From contig CP060758.1 of NCBI GenBank assembly GCA_023205875.1, positions 496,001 to 560,000 on the forward strand: a DNA stretch of 64,000 nt. The letters are read 5' to 3'. The notes below the pieces were generated by a model. That model made no database searches and had not been told where the DNA came from. It saw nothing but the letters and a program-made list of their open reading frames with translations. The stretch comes from Chloropicon primus (Eukaryota). The position numbers and the translations under genes are program-made. Shown one piece after another: positions 9,889-21,696 of this stretch (the first letter of the stretch is position 1; the number at the start of each line of letters is the position of its first letter).

Positions 9889-11493
9889 TTAATCGTTTCT
9901 CAGGCTCGGCTGCATGGTCGCCGACAGGAGCCTCTGCCACGTCTTTCCCCTGGTGTCCACCCTCCTCGCGGAGGAGACGATGAGGTCGATCGGAAAGTAC
10001 GCCGTGTGCGTGTTCACCATGCCCACCGTGATTCCCGTGAAGCCGGCAAAGGCGGCGTGAACGGCGCCTTGGGCCAGCACGTAGCAGTAGATCTTGTCGG
10101 AAGTGTTCGTCTCCACGGCCCGGATCATGTACGTCGGATCGATGAACTTCAAATCCACCTTCTTCCTCTCGCCTCCCGAAAAGTACTTTTTGATCTCCTC
10201 CCTGAGGTGAGTCCCGACGCAGGTCAGGATGGGGTTGCCCGAGGCGTCCTTCTCGGAGATGTTCGAGATCTCGTCCTGGTACGCGCCCTCGGCCACCACC
10301 ACCACGCAGTGGCTCTTGGCCTCCAAGGTCCTCTCGATGTGCTTGAGGAGCCCCCTCTCGCCGTGCAAGTCGAACTTCGTCTCCGGGATCAGGCAGACGT
10401 CCACCTCCCCGGACGCGAGGGAAGAGTTGAGGGCGATGAAACCGCTCTGCCTCCCCATCAACTTGACCAGGCCGACGCCTCGAAACGCCGAGGAGGCCTC
10501 CACGTACGCGGCATTGATGGCCTTGACCCCCTCCTGGCAGGCAGTGTCGAACCCAAAAGTCTTGTCGATGACAAGGATGTCGTTGTCTATGCTCTTCGGC
10601 ACGCCGATGACGGCGCAGGGGTAGTCCCTCTCCGTGCACTTGCTCGAGAGCGCGGAAGCCCCCGCGTTTCCGCCGTTGCCCCCGATCACGAAAACCATGT
10701 TCACCCCCCTCTCTTGGATGGAATCGCAGATCTTGTCCATGTCCGCCCCGCCCCTGGACGTGCCGAGCAGGGTGCCTCCCTTCCTCTGAATCCCGTCCAC
10801 CTCCCTCATCGTCAAGGAGATGGGCTGGTTCTCGTACGAGTAGAACCCCCTGAACCCGAACTTAATGCCGAGAATGTTGCCCTCCTTCACGCCGTACTGG
10901 TAGAGAGTCTGGACGATCCCTCTCACGACGTCGTTGAGGCCGGGGCAAAGCCCTCCGCAGGTCACGATGGCCGCCCTAACCGTCTTCGGGTTGAACCAAA
11001 CCTCCTTCCTCGCCCCCGCCCTGTACGCCCAAGCGCTGATGGGGACGCAGATCTCCTCCTGGGCGTCGTAGATCGACGCCCCGCCGCAGTTCGCCCCGAT
11101 GCTATCGCTCGACCCGTGGAACAACGAAGAGATCGCGACCCTGTCCCTGTTGGACACGAAACCCATCGACGAGTTGTCCTCCTTCAAGGGGCTCGGCATA
11201 GGCTTAAGCACGCCCCACAAGTTGTTGCACTGCAAGACGTCCTCCAAATCCGTCTCGTAGCTCCCGAGCGGCGTGACCGACTGTGTCATGGCCCTGGACT
11301 TCTCCGTCAGCTCGTCCCCCATGACGTCTTTCTCGAGGTCGTCCTTGGCCACGAAGACCGGGCGCGTCCACCCCCCCCGCCTCCTCCTTTCACCTGGCCC
11401 GCGACACGACCTCCCTCCATCCTTCGAGGCGGTTACCCTCGCCCCAGCGCTCCCCCCCCTCGTCACCCCTGACCTCTTCGTCGACGCCCTCAT
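9889..11493 (-). CDS. PFK: ATP-dependent 6-phosphofructokinase, plant PFK5/PFK_B-like, probably plastid-targeted
   Basis: AAIVTCGGLCPGLNDV, GGTLLGTSRGG, IGGNG, PKSIDNDI, KLMGRQSGFIA, KFIDPTYMIRA. Arg/Gly/Ser-rich transit-like N-terminus. Confidence 0.93.
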   Translation of the reverse strand: MRASTKRSGVTRGGSAGARVTASKDGGRSCRGPGERRRRGGWTRPVFVAKDDLEKDVMGDELTEKSRAMTQSVTPLGSYETDLEDVLQCNNLWGVLKPMPSPLKEDNSSMGFVSNRDRVAISSLFHGSSDSIGANCGGASIYDAQEEICVPISAWAYRAGARKEVWFNPKTVRAAIVTCGGLCPGLNDVVRGIVQTLYQYGVKEGNILGIKFGFRGFYSYENQPISLTMREVDGIQRKGGTLLGTSRGGADMDKICDSIQERGVNMVFVIGGNGGNAGASALSSKCTERDYPCAVIGVPKSIDNDILVIDKTFGFDTACQEGVKAINAAYVEASSAFRGVGLVKLMGRQSGFIALNSSLASGEVDVCLIPETKFDLHGERGLLKHIERTLEAKSHCVVVVAEGAYQDEISNISEKDASGNPILTCVGTHLREEIKKYFSGGERKKVDLKFIDPTYMIRAVETNTSDKIYCYVLAQGAVHAAFAGFTGITVGMVNTHTAYFPIDLIVSSARRVDTRGKTWQRLLSATMQPSLRND

Positions 11494-12003
11494 TCCTTCC
11501 TTCACCCCTTCACCTCTTTCCTGCCGCTCAAAATCCTTCCACGAAGAAGACGAAGACGAAGAAGAAGGAGACGAAGATGAAGGTGATGATGAAGCGGATC
11601 TCGCTGGACACGAAGCTTCTCGTCCTCGGGCGCTGGCGTTCCCTCTCTCGCTCCCTTCCCCTTTGCCTCTTGACAGCTAGCTGAGGAGAACAAAAAGTGA
11701 AGAAAAATAGCCAGCACGTGGGCGGGGTGGACTTGGTGGTGGTGGTGGTGGACTTGGTGGGGTGGATGGATGGATGGATGGATGGTACAGGTACACACCA
11801 ACAGAGGCACAACCAGCAGGCACAGAGGGGGGATGTGGATGACAATGGTGGATGTGTTTTTGGTTTGGTTTGCGTTCCAGTTTTTGTTTTTTCTCGAGAA
11901 GATAAGTTAATAAACAATTCAGAAGCAGCTTAGAATGAGGAGTCTTATAGATAGATTGGGCGTCGCGCGTGCGTGCGTGTTTGTCTGCAGGTGGTCTCGT
12001 GCG

Positions 12004-13365
12004 CTACATCCGGGGCGTCATTTGGTAACCGACCGAGGAGTCCGTCCTCTGCTTCCTCTTTCTCATCTGCTTGATCACGAGGGCCGTGACGCCGACGAAA
12101 GCGAGGACGCCGACGATGATCTCCGCAGTAGTCGTCACGGTCGCGGTGGATCCTTCCTCCTCTTGCTTCTGCTCCGCGTCCACGCGGTGAGCTTGGCGTG
12201 GCCTGCCCCCCCCGCCGGTGTAGCTCCCAGCTCCGCCGTCCCCTGGCTTGCTGAAATCGAACTCCACGATAACAGGAAAGTGGTCGGACACCATGGCAGG
12301 GTCGTAGCCGTGGAAGATCTCGACCTTGGAGATGAAGCTCGCCAAGCGAGGGGTCAGGAGCACGTGGTCGATCTGGCTGTACTCCCCGGCCCCGTCGACG
12401 ACGTCGTTGCCGTTCTTGTCCCACCAGTTCGAGTACCGCTGCTCGTGGGGGAGGTACTGCATGGTGTTGATGAGGTCCGTCTCGCCGTTCGCCTTCTCGC
12501 CCCTCAGGATGGCGAGGACGCTGGACCTCGGCTCGCTGTCCTGCACGTCCTTGTACTCGTGCGAGAAGTCGTTGATGTCGCCAAACACGACGACCTCGTG
12601 GCCCTTGGCGATGGACTCCTCGATGGAGGCCCGTGCAATCTTGGCTTGCCCCTCCCTCTTGGCACAGCTGTAGGGATCCTTTGGGAAAGCCTTGAGATGC
12701 AGGCCGTGGAAGGCGATGGTCATGCCATTTATCTCAAAGTGCGCCACGTAGTTCTTGCTGAGGGTCGTCCTCTTCCCAGAGGAGCTGTACCCGCACTTGC
12801 TTCCTTCTACCGGGTACTCGTGCTTGCTGGACAGGCGGTACAGGGGCTCCGTCGGCGCGTACTTGGTGAGGAGGGCCACGTTCTGCTTCGTCGCCGTGTC
12901 GATTCCTTTCCTCAGCAGAGGCGTGTACTCCGAGATGTCGGACCTCTGGATCACTTCCCTCAATATGTTACAGTCTTCCACCTCCATCAGGTTCAAGATA
13001 TCCGCGTTCACGAACTTGACGTACTCGGACACCTTGCTGATGTGTTCCTGAGCTCCCTGCTCCGTCCCGCAGTGTTTCATCCCAGGGCAAGACGTCTTCC
13101 CAGGATGCCACGGCGAATACGACGGATCATCCTTCCCGTCGAACAACCACTCGGCATTCAACGAAGCTATCTTCAACCGCGACAAGCTGTGACTCTCATT
13201 CCTCGTCTCCACCACGTTGCAGTCAAAGCTCTCCCCCACGGAGGCCGAGGAGCTCGCACCACTCGCTTGACGAAAGAAGCACGACGCGTACACGAACAGC
13301 AAGAACCCAACGTATACGTGACACCAACCAATAACCACGCCACCTTCACGCGACGAACGAACCAT
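12004..13365 (-). CDS. Endonuclease/exonuclease/phosphatase (EEP) family enzyme with N-terminal signal/TM and C-terminal TM anchor
   Basis: EEP motifs SLNAEWL, LMEVED, LHLKA, GDINDF, QIDHVLL and SDHFPV. Hydrophobic segments at both ends. The exact start is uncertain. Confidence 0.8.
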   Translation of the reverse strand: MVRSSREGGVVIGWCHVYVGFLLFVYASCFFRQASGASSSASVGESFDCNVVETRNESHSLSRLKIASLNAEWLFDGKDDPSYSPWHPGKTSCPGMKHCGTEQGAQEHISKVSEYVKFVNADILNLMEVEDCNILREVIQRSDISEYTPLLRKGIDTATKQNVALLTKYAPTEPLYRLSSKHEYPVEGSKCGYSSSGKRTTLSKNYVAHFEINGMTIAFHGLHLKAFPKDPYSCAKREGQAKIARASIEESIAKGHEVVVFGDINDFSHEYKDVQDSEPRSSVLAILRGEKANGETDLINTMQYLPHEQRYSNWWDKNGNDVVDGAGEYSQIDHVLLTPRLASFISKVEIFHGYDPAMVSDHFPVIVEFDFSKPGDGGAGSYTGGGGRPRQAHRVDAEQKQEEEGSTATVTTTAEIIVGVLAFVGVTALVIKQMRKRKQRTDSSVGYQMTPRM

Positions 13366-13985
13366 CTCTTCCACTTGCTTCGCTCGGGATGGAACGGAAT
13401 GGAATGGAATGGAATGGATGAAGGAGTTTCGACAGTCGTGTCGTGTCGCTCGGGATGGGTGCCAACCGAAAGCTTTGTGGTTTCGTCTGCGTAAAGTTGA
13501 CGAGAGGCCTCCGTCGATTCAAGCGGTCCCTCCCTCCGTGGCAAGACACGCGCGCCGTCCCGTCCTCCAGCTCTTCTCTCTCTCTCCCCAAGAAAGGCTT
13601 TCTGGCGGGAAAGGGAGACGAGTGAGGGAGTGACTGATTGGGCGGAGGAGAGGGAGGAGGAGAGGGAGGAGAGGAGAGGGGACCCGAACCAGGAGAAGCG
13701 TGCTGTCTTGGTCTTTCAGAAGAGCCCTCACTCGAAGGAAGTGGCGGTCTGGGGTGAGGACTGGACCAAGAGGGGCAGGGATCCCCAGGACAAGGAAGGG
13801 ACCACCCCCACCAGGAGTGGACGACGAGGCGGGAGGGGCAGGGCAAGAGGACGAGGAGGTCGCACCCATACAGTGAGGGTTCGATTTCTCTGACACTCTT
13901 CTGTGGCGCCTTGTCGAATTGTGTTTGTGGCATAGGCAGAGTTTGAGGAGGACCGTATCAACATCAGCATCACTTTGGGCTCGAG

Positions 13986-14873
13986 ATGGATCAGTACACA
14001 CAAGCAGCGGTGGCGTACTTGAGGTCGAAGAGGGGTGTGAGGAACGTTGCGACGGAGACGAATACAGGGGTATCCGAGCTCGAGATTGCAAAGTGGGAGG
14101 ACCAGAACATTCCACACGAGATACCGGAGGACTACAAGGACTTTCTGCGCGTGTCCAACGGGTTCAGGCTGAAGTGGGACTTGCTGTTTCACGGGGAGCC
14201 CGTGCAACTGGGGGGCATGTGCATCAACAGGCTCAAGGACGTTCAAAGGGTTGACATAAACATCTCGGCCAAGGATGACAGGGAGCCCACCGACAAGTAC
14301 TTCACGACGAAGAGGGACCGGATGCCCGTCGCCGCGTTTACTATCGACAAGCACTGCAAGTGCGGGAACGTCGCCCTGGTTTACTCCAAGAGAGAGGTGG
14401 GGAACAAGGAGATCCCTGAGGTCTGGTTCCAGGACCTGAGCGGCAAGTGGAACTTCCTCTCGAAAAGCTTCATCGTGTACTTTAGAATGATGGTGGCCCA
14501 CCTCGGCTTGCCGAACTGGCAGTACAGGTTCACGGAATTCGGCATGGACCCCATCTCCCGCCAGTGGTTCCACCTTTTAGCTCCGGAGAACTTTACGTTC
14601 GATCTGAACGCCCTGAACGTGAGGTCCGCCCCCAAGGAGAAGGGAAGGTCGGCGACCAAGGTCACGCCCACGCCAACGACGTCGGCGGCGACGTCCACGC
14701 AGTCCTTGCAAAAGATGAAATCGGGCTCCAAGGGGGATATGAAGATCGGCAGAATGAACAGAGCCTCGCTCTCTTCCGTGTCTGCCGCTGGCAAGGACAG
14801 GGCGAGGAGGAAGAAGCAGAACGAATTGTTGAAAAACGCTTACAGGGTTCGACCCAAGTCAGCATTCAACTGA
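13986..14873 (+). CDS. TPGS2: Tubulin polyglutamylase complex subunit 2 (SMI1/KNR4-like fold)
   Basis: WE......IPEDYKDFL..SNGF.L.W, LGGMCINRL, CGNVALVY, EVWFQD and YFRMMVAHLGLPNWQYRFT..G are TPGS2 signatures. Confidence 0.85.
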   Translation: MDQYTQAAVAYLRSKRGVRNVATETNTGVSELEIAKWEDQNIPHEIPEDYKDFLRVSNGFRLKWDLLFHGEPVQLGGMCINRLKDVQRVDINISAKDDREPTDKYFTTKRDRMPVAAFTIDKHCKCGNVALVYSKREVGNKEIPEVWFQDLSGKWNFLSKSFIVYFRMMVAHLGLPNWQYRFTEFGMDPISRQWFHLLAPENFTFDLNALNVRSAPKEKGRSATKVTPTPTTSAATSTQSLQKMKSGSKGDMKIGRMNRASLSSVSAAGKDRARRKKQNELLKNAYRVRPKSAFN

Positions 14874-14994
14874 GAGCGAGAAGCGGCTTCTTGTCTACAA
14901 GTGTACTTTACAAAAAATTTTGCTCTTATCTTATCCCTATGAAACACACATTATTCGTAATCTAATCAATACGACTCGCGTCGTGACCACGTCT

Positions 14995-15927
14995 CTAGCA
15001 ACTTTGCGCCAGGTCCAGGATGTAGGTGACGTACTTTATGATCCTGTCCCGCTGCATTTTTTGAGTCCTGGAGTGGTTTCGCCTCTCCACGCCTTCGATC
15101 CACTCGCTCCCCCTTGCGGCCTCTTGCTCCTCCCTCTCCATCTCCCGAAACTCAGCTCGCAAGGCCTCGAGCCTCTCCTCAACCTCTGTCACGAAAGTGT
15201 CCTTCTGCAGCTTGCCGTCGAGGTACGAATCGATCTCCGCCTGCAGCTTCTCGTCGCTCTCCGCCCGAGCAAACACGCTCGCCGCGCTTATGGGATCGAG
15301 GCCGAGGTCGGCCTGCAGGAAGCTCTCGTCCAGGAGCCCCTTCACCCTGAGCAACCCCCTCGTCTCGCCGTCGCCGTCGCCCCCTTCCCCAGCCTCCTCG
15401 TCGGCGTCGGCGTCGAGGAGAACGTCCAGGCACTCGCCCAGCAGCTTCATCGTTGGCGAGAGATTCCGTTTCTGGTACTCGGTCGCGAGCTTGTCGTACA
15501 GGATCGACAGCGCCCTTTGCATTGCGGCCCCGCCCTCTTCGGCCTCCCCTCGTCGCTCGCCGTGCACCCTGCGGTGGAGAACGGCCAAGGTCTTCCTGTC
15601 GACCCTTCCGCTGCCCACGCCTTCCCGCACCGCGTCCTCGAGGCTCGAGCCCGAATTCAGCAGCTCGACCACCTGCCGAATCCTCTCCCTCTCCTCCTCC
15701 TTCGTCAGGCTCACCCCATACGCCTCCTCGTACGCCTCGAGGCCTTGCTGGTCGCTCCGCGCTGCCCTCCTCCTCGAGATTCCACCGGACTCGGGGCACC
15801 TCCTCCTGACGATCCGGTTCTCGCGAGCCAGCCCCTCCCCCCCTCGACGACTAGAGCAAGACGACAGACTCGAAGCAACACCACCCCGACCCTTCCTTCC
15901 CACCATCGTCCTCGTCGTCCTCATCAT
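14995..15927 (-). CDS. Plastid protein, PALE CRESS-like
   Basis: ALSILYDKLATEYQKRNLSPTMKLL, DTFVTEVEERL and IKYVTYILDLA resemble plant PAC motifs as I recall them. Arg/Ser-rich transit-like N-terminus. Start ATG is uncertain. Confidence 0.6.
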   Translation of the reverse strand: MMRTTRTMVGRKGRGGVASSLSSCSSRRGGEGLARENRIVRRRCPESGGISRRRAARSDQQGLEAYEEAYGVSLTKEEERERIRQVVELLNSGSSLEDAVREGVGSGRVDRKTLAVLHRRVHGERRGEAEEGGAAMQRALSILYDKLATEYQKRNLSPTMKLLGECLDVLLDADADEEAGEGGDGDGETRGLLRVKGLLDESFLQADLGLDPISAASVFARAESDEKLQAEIDSYLDGKLQKDTFVTEVEERLEALRAEFREMEREEQEAARGSEWIEGVERRNHSRTQKMQRDRIIKYVTYILDLAQSC

Positions 15928-16384
15928 CCTCTGTTGATGGACGTCCCTCTTCGCACAGGGCATCAAAAGGAGCAAGCGAGGGGTCGACGGAAAGATCGTG
16001 AGACGCCCTTGAGGACTGTTCAGTCTCTTGGGAGCTCTCTGCCCCTCCGTCCGCCAAGAAACGGGACTCGGGTCCGTCCTTTCGAGCCTCCTCCCTCTCG
16101 AGCGAATGAGAAAAAGTCTGGAGGAGAAATCCCTTTCCCCCATCGAGGTCATCGGCAGAGGAGGTGGATCAAGGAAGAAGAAGGGGGTGGGTTGGCAATG
16201 CAATGTTGAACCCCGGCGGCTTCTCCAGGCAGCGCATAGAGGGCTAGGAACCTCAGTGACTGCAACTGAAAGACCCAGGTGAGTGAGAGGGATACCCTTC
16301 GCCCGGCAAGGTGTGGCTGACCGGCTGACCGGCTAATGTAACGCTCGTTTTGTGCAGCAAAGCAGAGAGGAGTGTGTTGGAGAG

Positions 16385-16974
16385 ATGAGGGGCAGGGACT
16401 ACTCGGAGCCCTCCGTGACGATTAAGAATCCATTCTTGAGCCGAGAGGAGGCTGAGTATGGCGGCGAGGACAGGGTTGCCGTGTGCGAGGCTCACGTCTA
16501 CGCGGAGGAGCCAGAGGGGCCGACGGATTCGTGCGCCAGGCCTCGCAGGAACCCTTCGTGGTGGACCCCGTTCGGCGTCGTGAACCGCACCAAGAGCGGG
16601 AACGGCTTCCTGTCCAGAAAGTGCACCGTAAGTGATTGCCGGTGGCCGCGACCAAAAATTTTGAAGCACGCTGACCGAGGACGCTGGACTTCCCTTTCCT
16701 TTTCGATCTCACACAGGCCGCGGACGATTGCGGTGGTTGCGCGTTCGACATCGAGGATGGTCCTGGCTCGCAGAAGGGCTGCTGCTCCTTGACTTGCTGC
16801 CTGTCGGAGCAGCCGAGGGTGAGTCGCCGCGTGCTAACTCCTCCCGTTGACCTCCATCGCTGACGCGTCTTTGCGGTTCTTCAGCTCCTCACCTGTTGCG
16901 CCATCACCAAGTGCCTCATCGTCATCCTTGGAATCACGGCCGTCGCTCTCTACTTTTTGAGGTACAGGAGGTGA
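16385..16974 (+). CDS. Small (144 aa) Cys-rich tail-anchored membrane protein, 3 coding exons (16385-16627, 16717-16818, 16885-16974)
   Basis: Phase-0 introns gtaagt..cacag (16628-16716) and gtgagt..ttcag (16819-16884) splice in frame to ...KGCCSLTCCLSEQPRLLTCCAITKCLIVILGITAVALYFLRYRR*. A probable 5'UTR intron lies at about 16279-16357. Confidence 0.7.
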
Positions 16975-17009
16975 TTGCCAAGCAGAGCCAAAAAGACGTC
17001 TTATCAATT

Positions 17010-18267
17010 CTAATTTATCCTTCGAAGCGCTTCCTTCACGCAAGGCCTCAAGTGCTTCGCGTCATTGTTAAAAACTTTCCCGTGCTCCACCAGCAGCACG
17101 TGCAAGTCGTACTTCACGTCGCTCGGCACCTTCCTGTTCAAGTGCTCGTACGTTTGTTCCCTGCTCGCCTTGGCAGGCACCCAGCCGAGGGCCACCGCCA
17201 GCTTCCAGACGTGGACGTCCACAGGAAAATCCGGCCTCTGCAGGCAGAACATCAAGACGCACGAGACGGTCTTGGGGCCCACGCCCTTGAAGGCTGACAG
17301 GTACCTCTTTATGTACTCGTCGCTCATGCTCCTCAGGTGCTCCAGGGAGCACTCCCCCCTCTCCTTGTGCACGGCGCTCAGTATGCTTTGGATCCGTCCC
17401 GTCTTGATCTCCGATAGTCCGCCCACCTTTATGCTCTCGGCGACCTTGGAGGGGTCCCCCGTTCTCACGCTCTCCCACGTAGGAAAGGCGCTCTTGAGCG
17501 ATGCATACGCCTTGTGAGACGTCTTGTCCGTCGTGTTCTGCGAAAGTATCGTCCCCACGAGCGAGTCGAGCACCGAGACTCTCTCCACCTCAACCTGGAG
17601 CCTGTCCTCCCCATGAATCAGGTGGCGAGCCTCGGCGTCCGCGTCGTCCCCCTCTCCCGACCGCCAACCTTTCTGCGGATCGCCGTGGAGCTCGATCAAG
17701 CGCCGCGTGACGCTCCTGCACTCCTGCGGAGGCGAAGCAGCGCCCCCCGCCAGCAAGTGAGAGAGACAAGGGTGGTGAGGGTGAAGTTGTCAGTCAGACG
17801 CCCTGCTGTGAGCTTGAGTTGCCTTCCTGCGGCAAGCAAAAGGCGAGAGGCCTGGCCCCGCAGCACGTACCTCTTCGTAGGGACGAGAGAAGCCGGGGAA
17901 GGGCCCCTCGCCCCCATCATCCCCGGATCTCGGCACAGTAGTCACGGGCTCCGCCTTCACCTTGACGCCCCTCTCGACCTTGATCCCAGGTGTTCCCTTC
18001 TTATTCGCAAGACTCTCGAGCAGCGTCCCTCGTTTCTTGACGACGCGTCCCTCGATCTGTGACGGCCTTATCGACGAGGCCTCCGTCTGAGCAAGCGAAG
18101 GCGAGGCAAAGTCAGTCGAGACTGATCAAACCAACCATCACCATCATCACCATCATCACGATTACGCTTGTCGTTGATGGGACTGGAGCTCCTGATTGGT
18201 TGGTTCAAGCGTCCAAGGGCAATCGACGGAATGGACTCACCTTGATCCTCGTCCTCGCGGGCGCCAT
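17010..18267 (-). CDS. HhH-GPD DNA glycosylase (endonuclease III superfamily, At3g47830-like), 3 exons (18267-18241, 18086-17871, 17723-17010)
   Basis: LVGTILSQNTTD, GGLSEIK, HhH FKGVGPKTVSCVL and FPVDVHV. In-frame GT-AG introns restore PFPGFSRPYEE|ECRSVTRRLIELHG. Confidence 0.85.
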
Positions 18268-18364
18268 CGTGTTCGCCCGAGGTAGGAAGTGGCGAAGGAC
18301 TCCGCATGCAGCTTCTGGCTCACATCTGCCCACGTCAGAGAGATCGAGTGACGAGGAGGGGGAC

Positions 18365-18412
<48 letters not shown>

Positions 18413-19614
18413 AGGGGGAGAGGTCATCCATCCTACAAGCAACAATCTTGGCTGCCTCCATGCGTGATTCCGATTCCTCTTGGTGTTCTCGAGAGGGTGG
18501 CAGCAGCAGCAGCAACAACAACAACAACCGTTGTCGCAAGGAAGGATGTTGATGGCATCCGGCATATCAGTCTCGGAGCGCATTCTTGGATGACTGGTTG
18601 ATCACAGAATCCTCTCTGATCGCCTGGTCAGTGGTCTCTTTGTCATCCAGGACAAGTTGTCCTCCTCCTCCTCCTGCCTGGACCGCCCTTGGATGACCCG
18701 GTCTGTGATCTGCGAACCTGGAGATGGTGACACTCGCAGGCAAGCCGTTGGCCCTTTTGGATGAAAAGGAAGGAGACCAGCAGGGCACATCGGATCGCAT
18801 CAGTGCTCGCCCTCCTCGTCCTCATCCTTGCCCTCGTCCTCGTCCTGATAAAGATCATGATCCGACCTGACCTGACCTCGGGATCCGGATCCGGATCTGT
18901 TTGACCCAATTCAATTTCGAAGAAAAAGTGGGTTGGGGGAGTCGTTCCGTTGAGGGGATTGACCGTTCACCATTCCGTTATTCATTGCCAAGACAACCCC
19001 CGCGCAACCCCCCTCGTGTAGAAACACCACAACAAAGGTACGTTGATCCCATGGAAAGTACATTCGATACAAGAGTAAACACCCTCGCTCCGCATTCGAA
19101 CATTTCTAAAACTCACGACCCCACCCTTACCAAGCCAAACCTACTCTACCCTGCACTTCACATTTGAACTTCGTTTGATATTTCCACCTTGATGTGTCCG
19201 TTCTTGTACCGAATGTGTATCTTCACGGGGTGTTCGTTGATCCCATGGACAAGTTCTCATCAAGATCGTGTAGAAAACTCTTGTTGAGACTCCAGTGGTG
19301 TGCGGTGGTGTCGAGGAGAACGAAGCGAACGAGGCGAAAGGAGAACCTTTGTCTTTGCTCGTTGCGTGGGAGTGCGGGACTTGACTGGAGTTGTGCTTGT
19401 CGCTTGTTGCAGTGTGCAACCAAGGGAGGACGAGGAATTCAAACACCTTGAGCTGCCTTTGCTCGTGTGTTGACTGGACGGAGCAAGAGGTCCCTTGACT
19501 GCCTTGGAACCTTTGCTTGAGAGGTTTGAACTTTTCCCTTTGTGTGTGTGTGTGTGTGTGTGTGGAGAACTTTGTTGGACACACAGGTGTCGCTTGACTT
19601 GACTGAAGAGAAAG

Positions 19615-21607
19615 ATGTCCCAGCCGCTTCGACTTGACTCGGTGATTGGGTTCGGTGGTGGGGTGGACGATGGACTTATTGTGCACCACCAGACGAACAC
19701 AATCATTTACCCGCTTGGGTCTACGATTGTCGTAAGAGACGTGACTGATTTGAAAAAGCAGGAGTTCCTTCATGGACACTCGGACAAGGTAAGGGGGGGA
19801 CGGCACACAAAACTTTTTGGCTAACCGGAGCGCATCGGTGACTAATAACCTCTTTCCCTCGCTTGCGTTCTCTTCTCAATGGAATTAGGTCCAATGCCTT
19901 GCTGTGTCCAAGTCCGGAAGATACTTGGCTTCGGGTCAGATTACCTACATGGGTTTCACGGCTGATATCATCGTGTGGGACTTCCACGAGCGTAAGATGA
20001 TACACAGGCTCAGCTTGCACAAGGTGAAGGTGCAGGCCCTGAGTTTCTCGTGCGATGAGAAGTACTTGGCGTCCCTCGGAGGTGCGGACGACAACTCCCT
20101 TGTGATATGGGACGTCGAGGCTGGCGAGCCTATCTGCGGAAGCCCTACGCACAGTGACCACACCTTGACCGTCAAATTCTTCAACACCACGCCTTTCAAG
20201 CTGATCACTGGAGGAAAGAACAACTTGAACGTTTGGGACTTCGACCTCAGAAACTTGAAGATCAGGGAGTCTGGCGTCCAGCTCGGGCAGTACCAAAGAA
20301 TTATACAGTGCATTGCTGTGGACGACTTCGATGAGTACGCCTACTGCGGCACGAGCTCCGGCGACCTTTTGCAGTGCAGTCTGCCGCAAAAGCTGTTCAA
20401 GAACTCTGGGCCGGCCAAGTTCATGGTCAGCCAAGGTATCCGCACTTGTGCTCTCACCCCCACGGGCGACATCATGATCGGCGGCGGTGACGGCTCCTTG
20501 TACTTGTTGAAGAAACCAGAGCTCCTGGAGGACAAGAGGTCCAGCAAGCTCAAGGTCATCGCGTCTGCGAACATCAACGGCAGCGTGTCCAGCTTGGCCT
20601 TTGCTGGCGTCGGGGATGGCTACTACACTTTCCTTGCCGGCACCGGAATGTGTGAGATGTATGTCTTGACGTACTACCTCCACGACGGGCAGCTTTCACA
20701 AGAACTCATTCAGTCTTGCCATCCATACAAAATCAACGACGTGGTGTTCCCAGCAGAGTACAGCGCAGTCTTTGCTACTTGCTCGATGAACGACATCAGG
20801 GTCTGGCACCGCGACCAGTGCAGGGAGCTCTTGAGAATCAAGGTTCCCAACGTGGAGTGCAACTGCGTTGCGTTCTCTGCGGACGGCAAGTCTATTATCA
20901 GTGGCTGGAGCGATGGCAAAATCAGAGCGTTTGGACCACAAACAGGCAAGCTGCTCTACACCATCCCAGACGCCCACCCTCAGGGTGTAACAGCGATTAC
21001 AGGCACGAGCGACAGCACTCGCGTCATTAGTGGTGGTGGAGAAGGAATGGTTCGTATTTGGCTGATCGGAAAGGTCTCCCAATCTATGGTCGCCTCGATG
21101 AAGGAGCACAAGAGTGCGGTGAACTGCATCGCGATGAGATCGAATGACGAGGAGTGTGCCAGTGCTTCATCCGATGGCTCTTGCATTATTTGGGACCTGA
21201 AGAGGTTCAAGAGAAACACGGCGATGTTCGCCTCGACCTTCTTCAAGGCCATTGCCTACGATCAGCACGAGTCTCAGTTGGTCACAACAGGAACCGATAG
21301 GAAAATCACGTACTGGGATGCCTATGATGGCCAAGCGATCCGTGTTATTGATGGAAGTCTGACGGACGCCATGAACACTCTAGATATTAGCCCTGAAGGA
21401 AACGTCCTCGTCAGTGGTGGAAGTGACAAGCTTGTGAAAATATGGGGGTACGATGAAGGACTTTGCTACTACGATGGAAGAGGCCATAGCGGGGCTGTAA
21501 CGAAAGTTAAGATCGCTCCAGATAAGTCCAACATCATCAGTGTGGGCTCAGAGGGCGCTATTTTCATCTGGGACTACAAGGACCCTCCACTTTTTGAGGA
21601 GAACTGA
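19615..21607 (+). CDS. CFAP52: Cilia- and flagella-associated protein 52 (WD40; WDR16/FAP52), 2 exons (19615-19788, 19889-21607)
   Basis: LDSVIGFGG..DGL..H...IIYPLGSTIV, QEFLHGH, YLASGQITYMGFTADIIVWD, CRELLRIKVPN and GYDEG. Intron gtaagg..ttag is in frame. Confidence 0.92.
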
Positions 21608-21696
21608 AGCGGTGAGACGGACGTTTGCCATTTGGAAATAATCAAATAGAATTAATTTCCCCCCTGTATCTATGATCCAACACATTATCAAGATTG

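Noticed and set aside
18300..19600. Possible snRNA, tRNA or small gene in the longest early intergenic gap
   Set aside because: I recognised no U snRNA or tRNA signatures. The ORFs are microsatellite-derived. The repeated motif does not fit the RFX X-box consensus.
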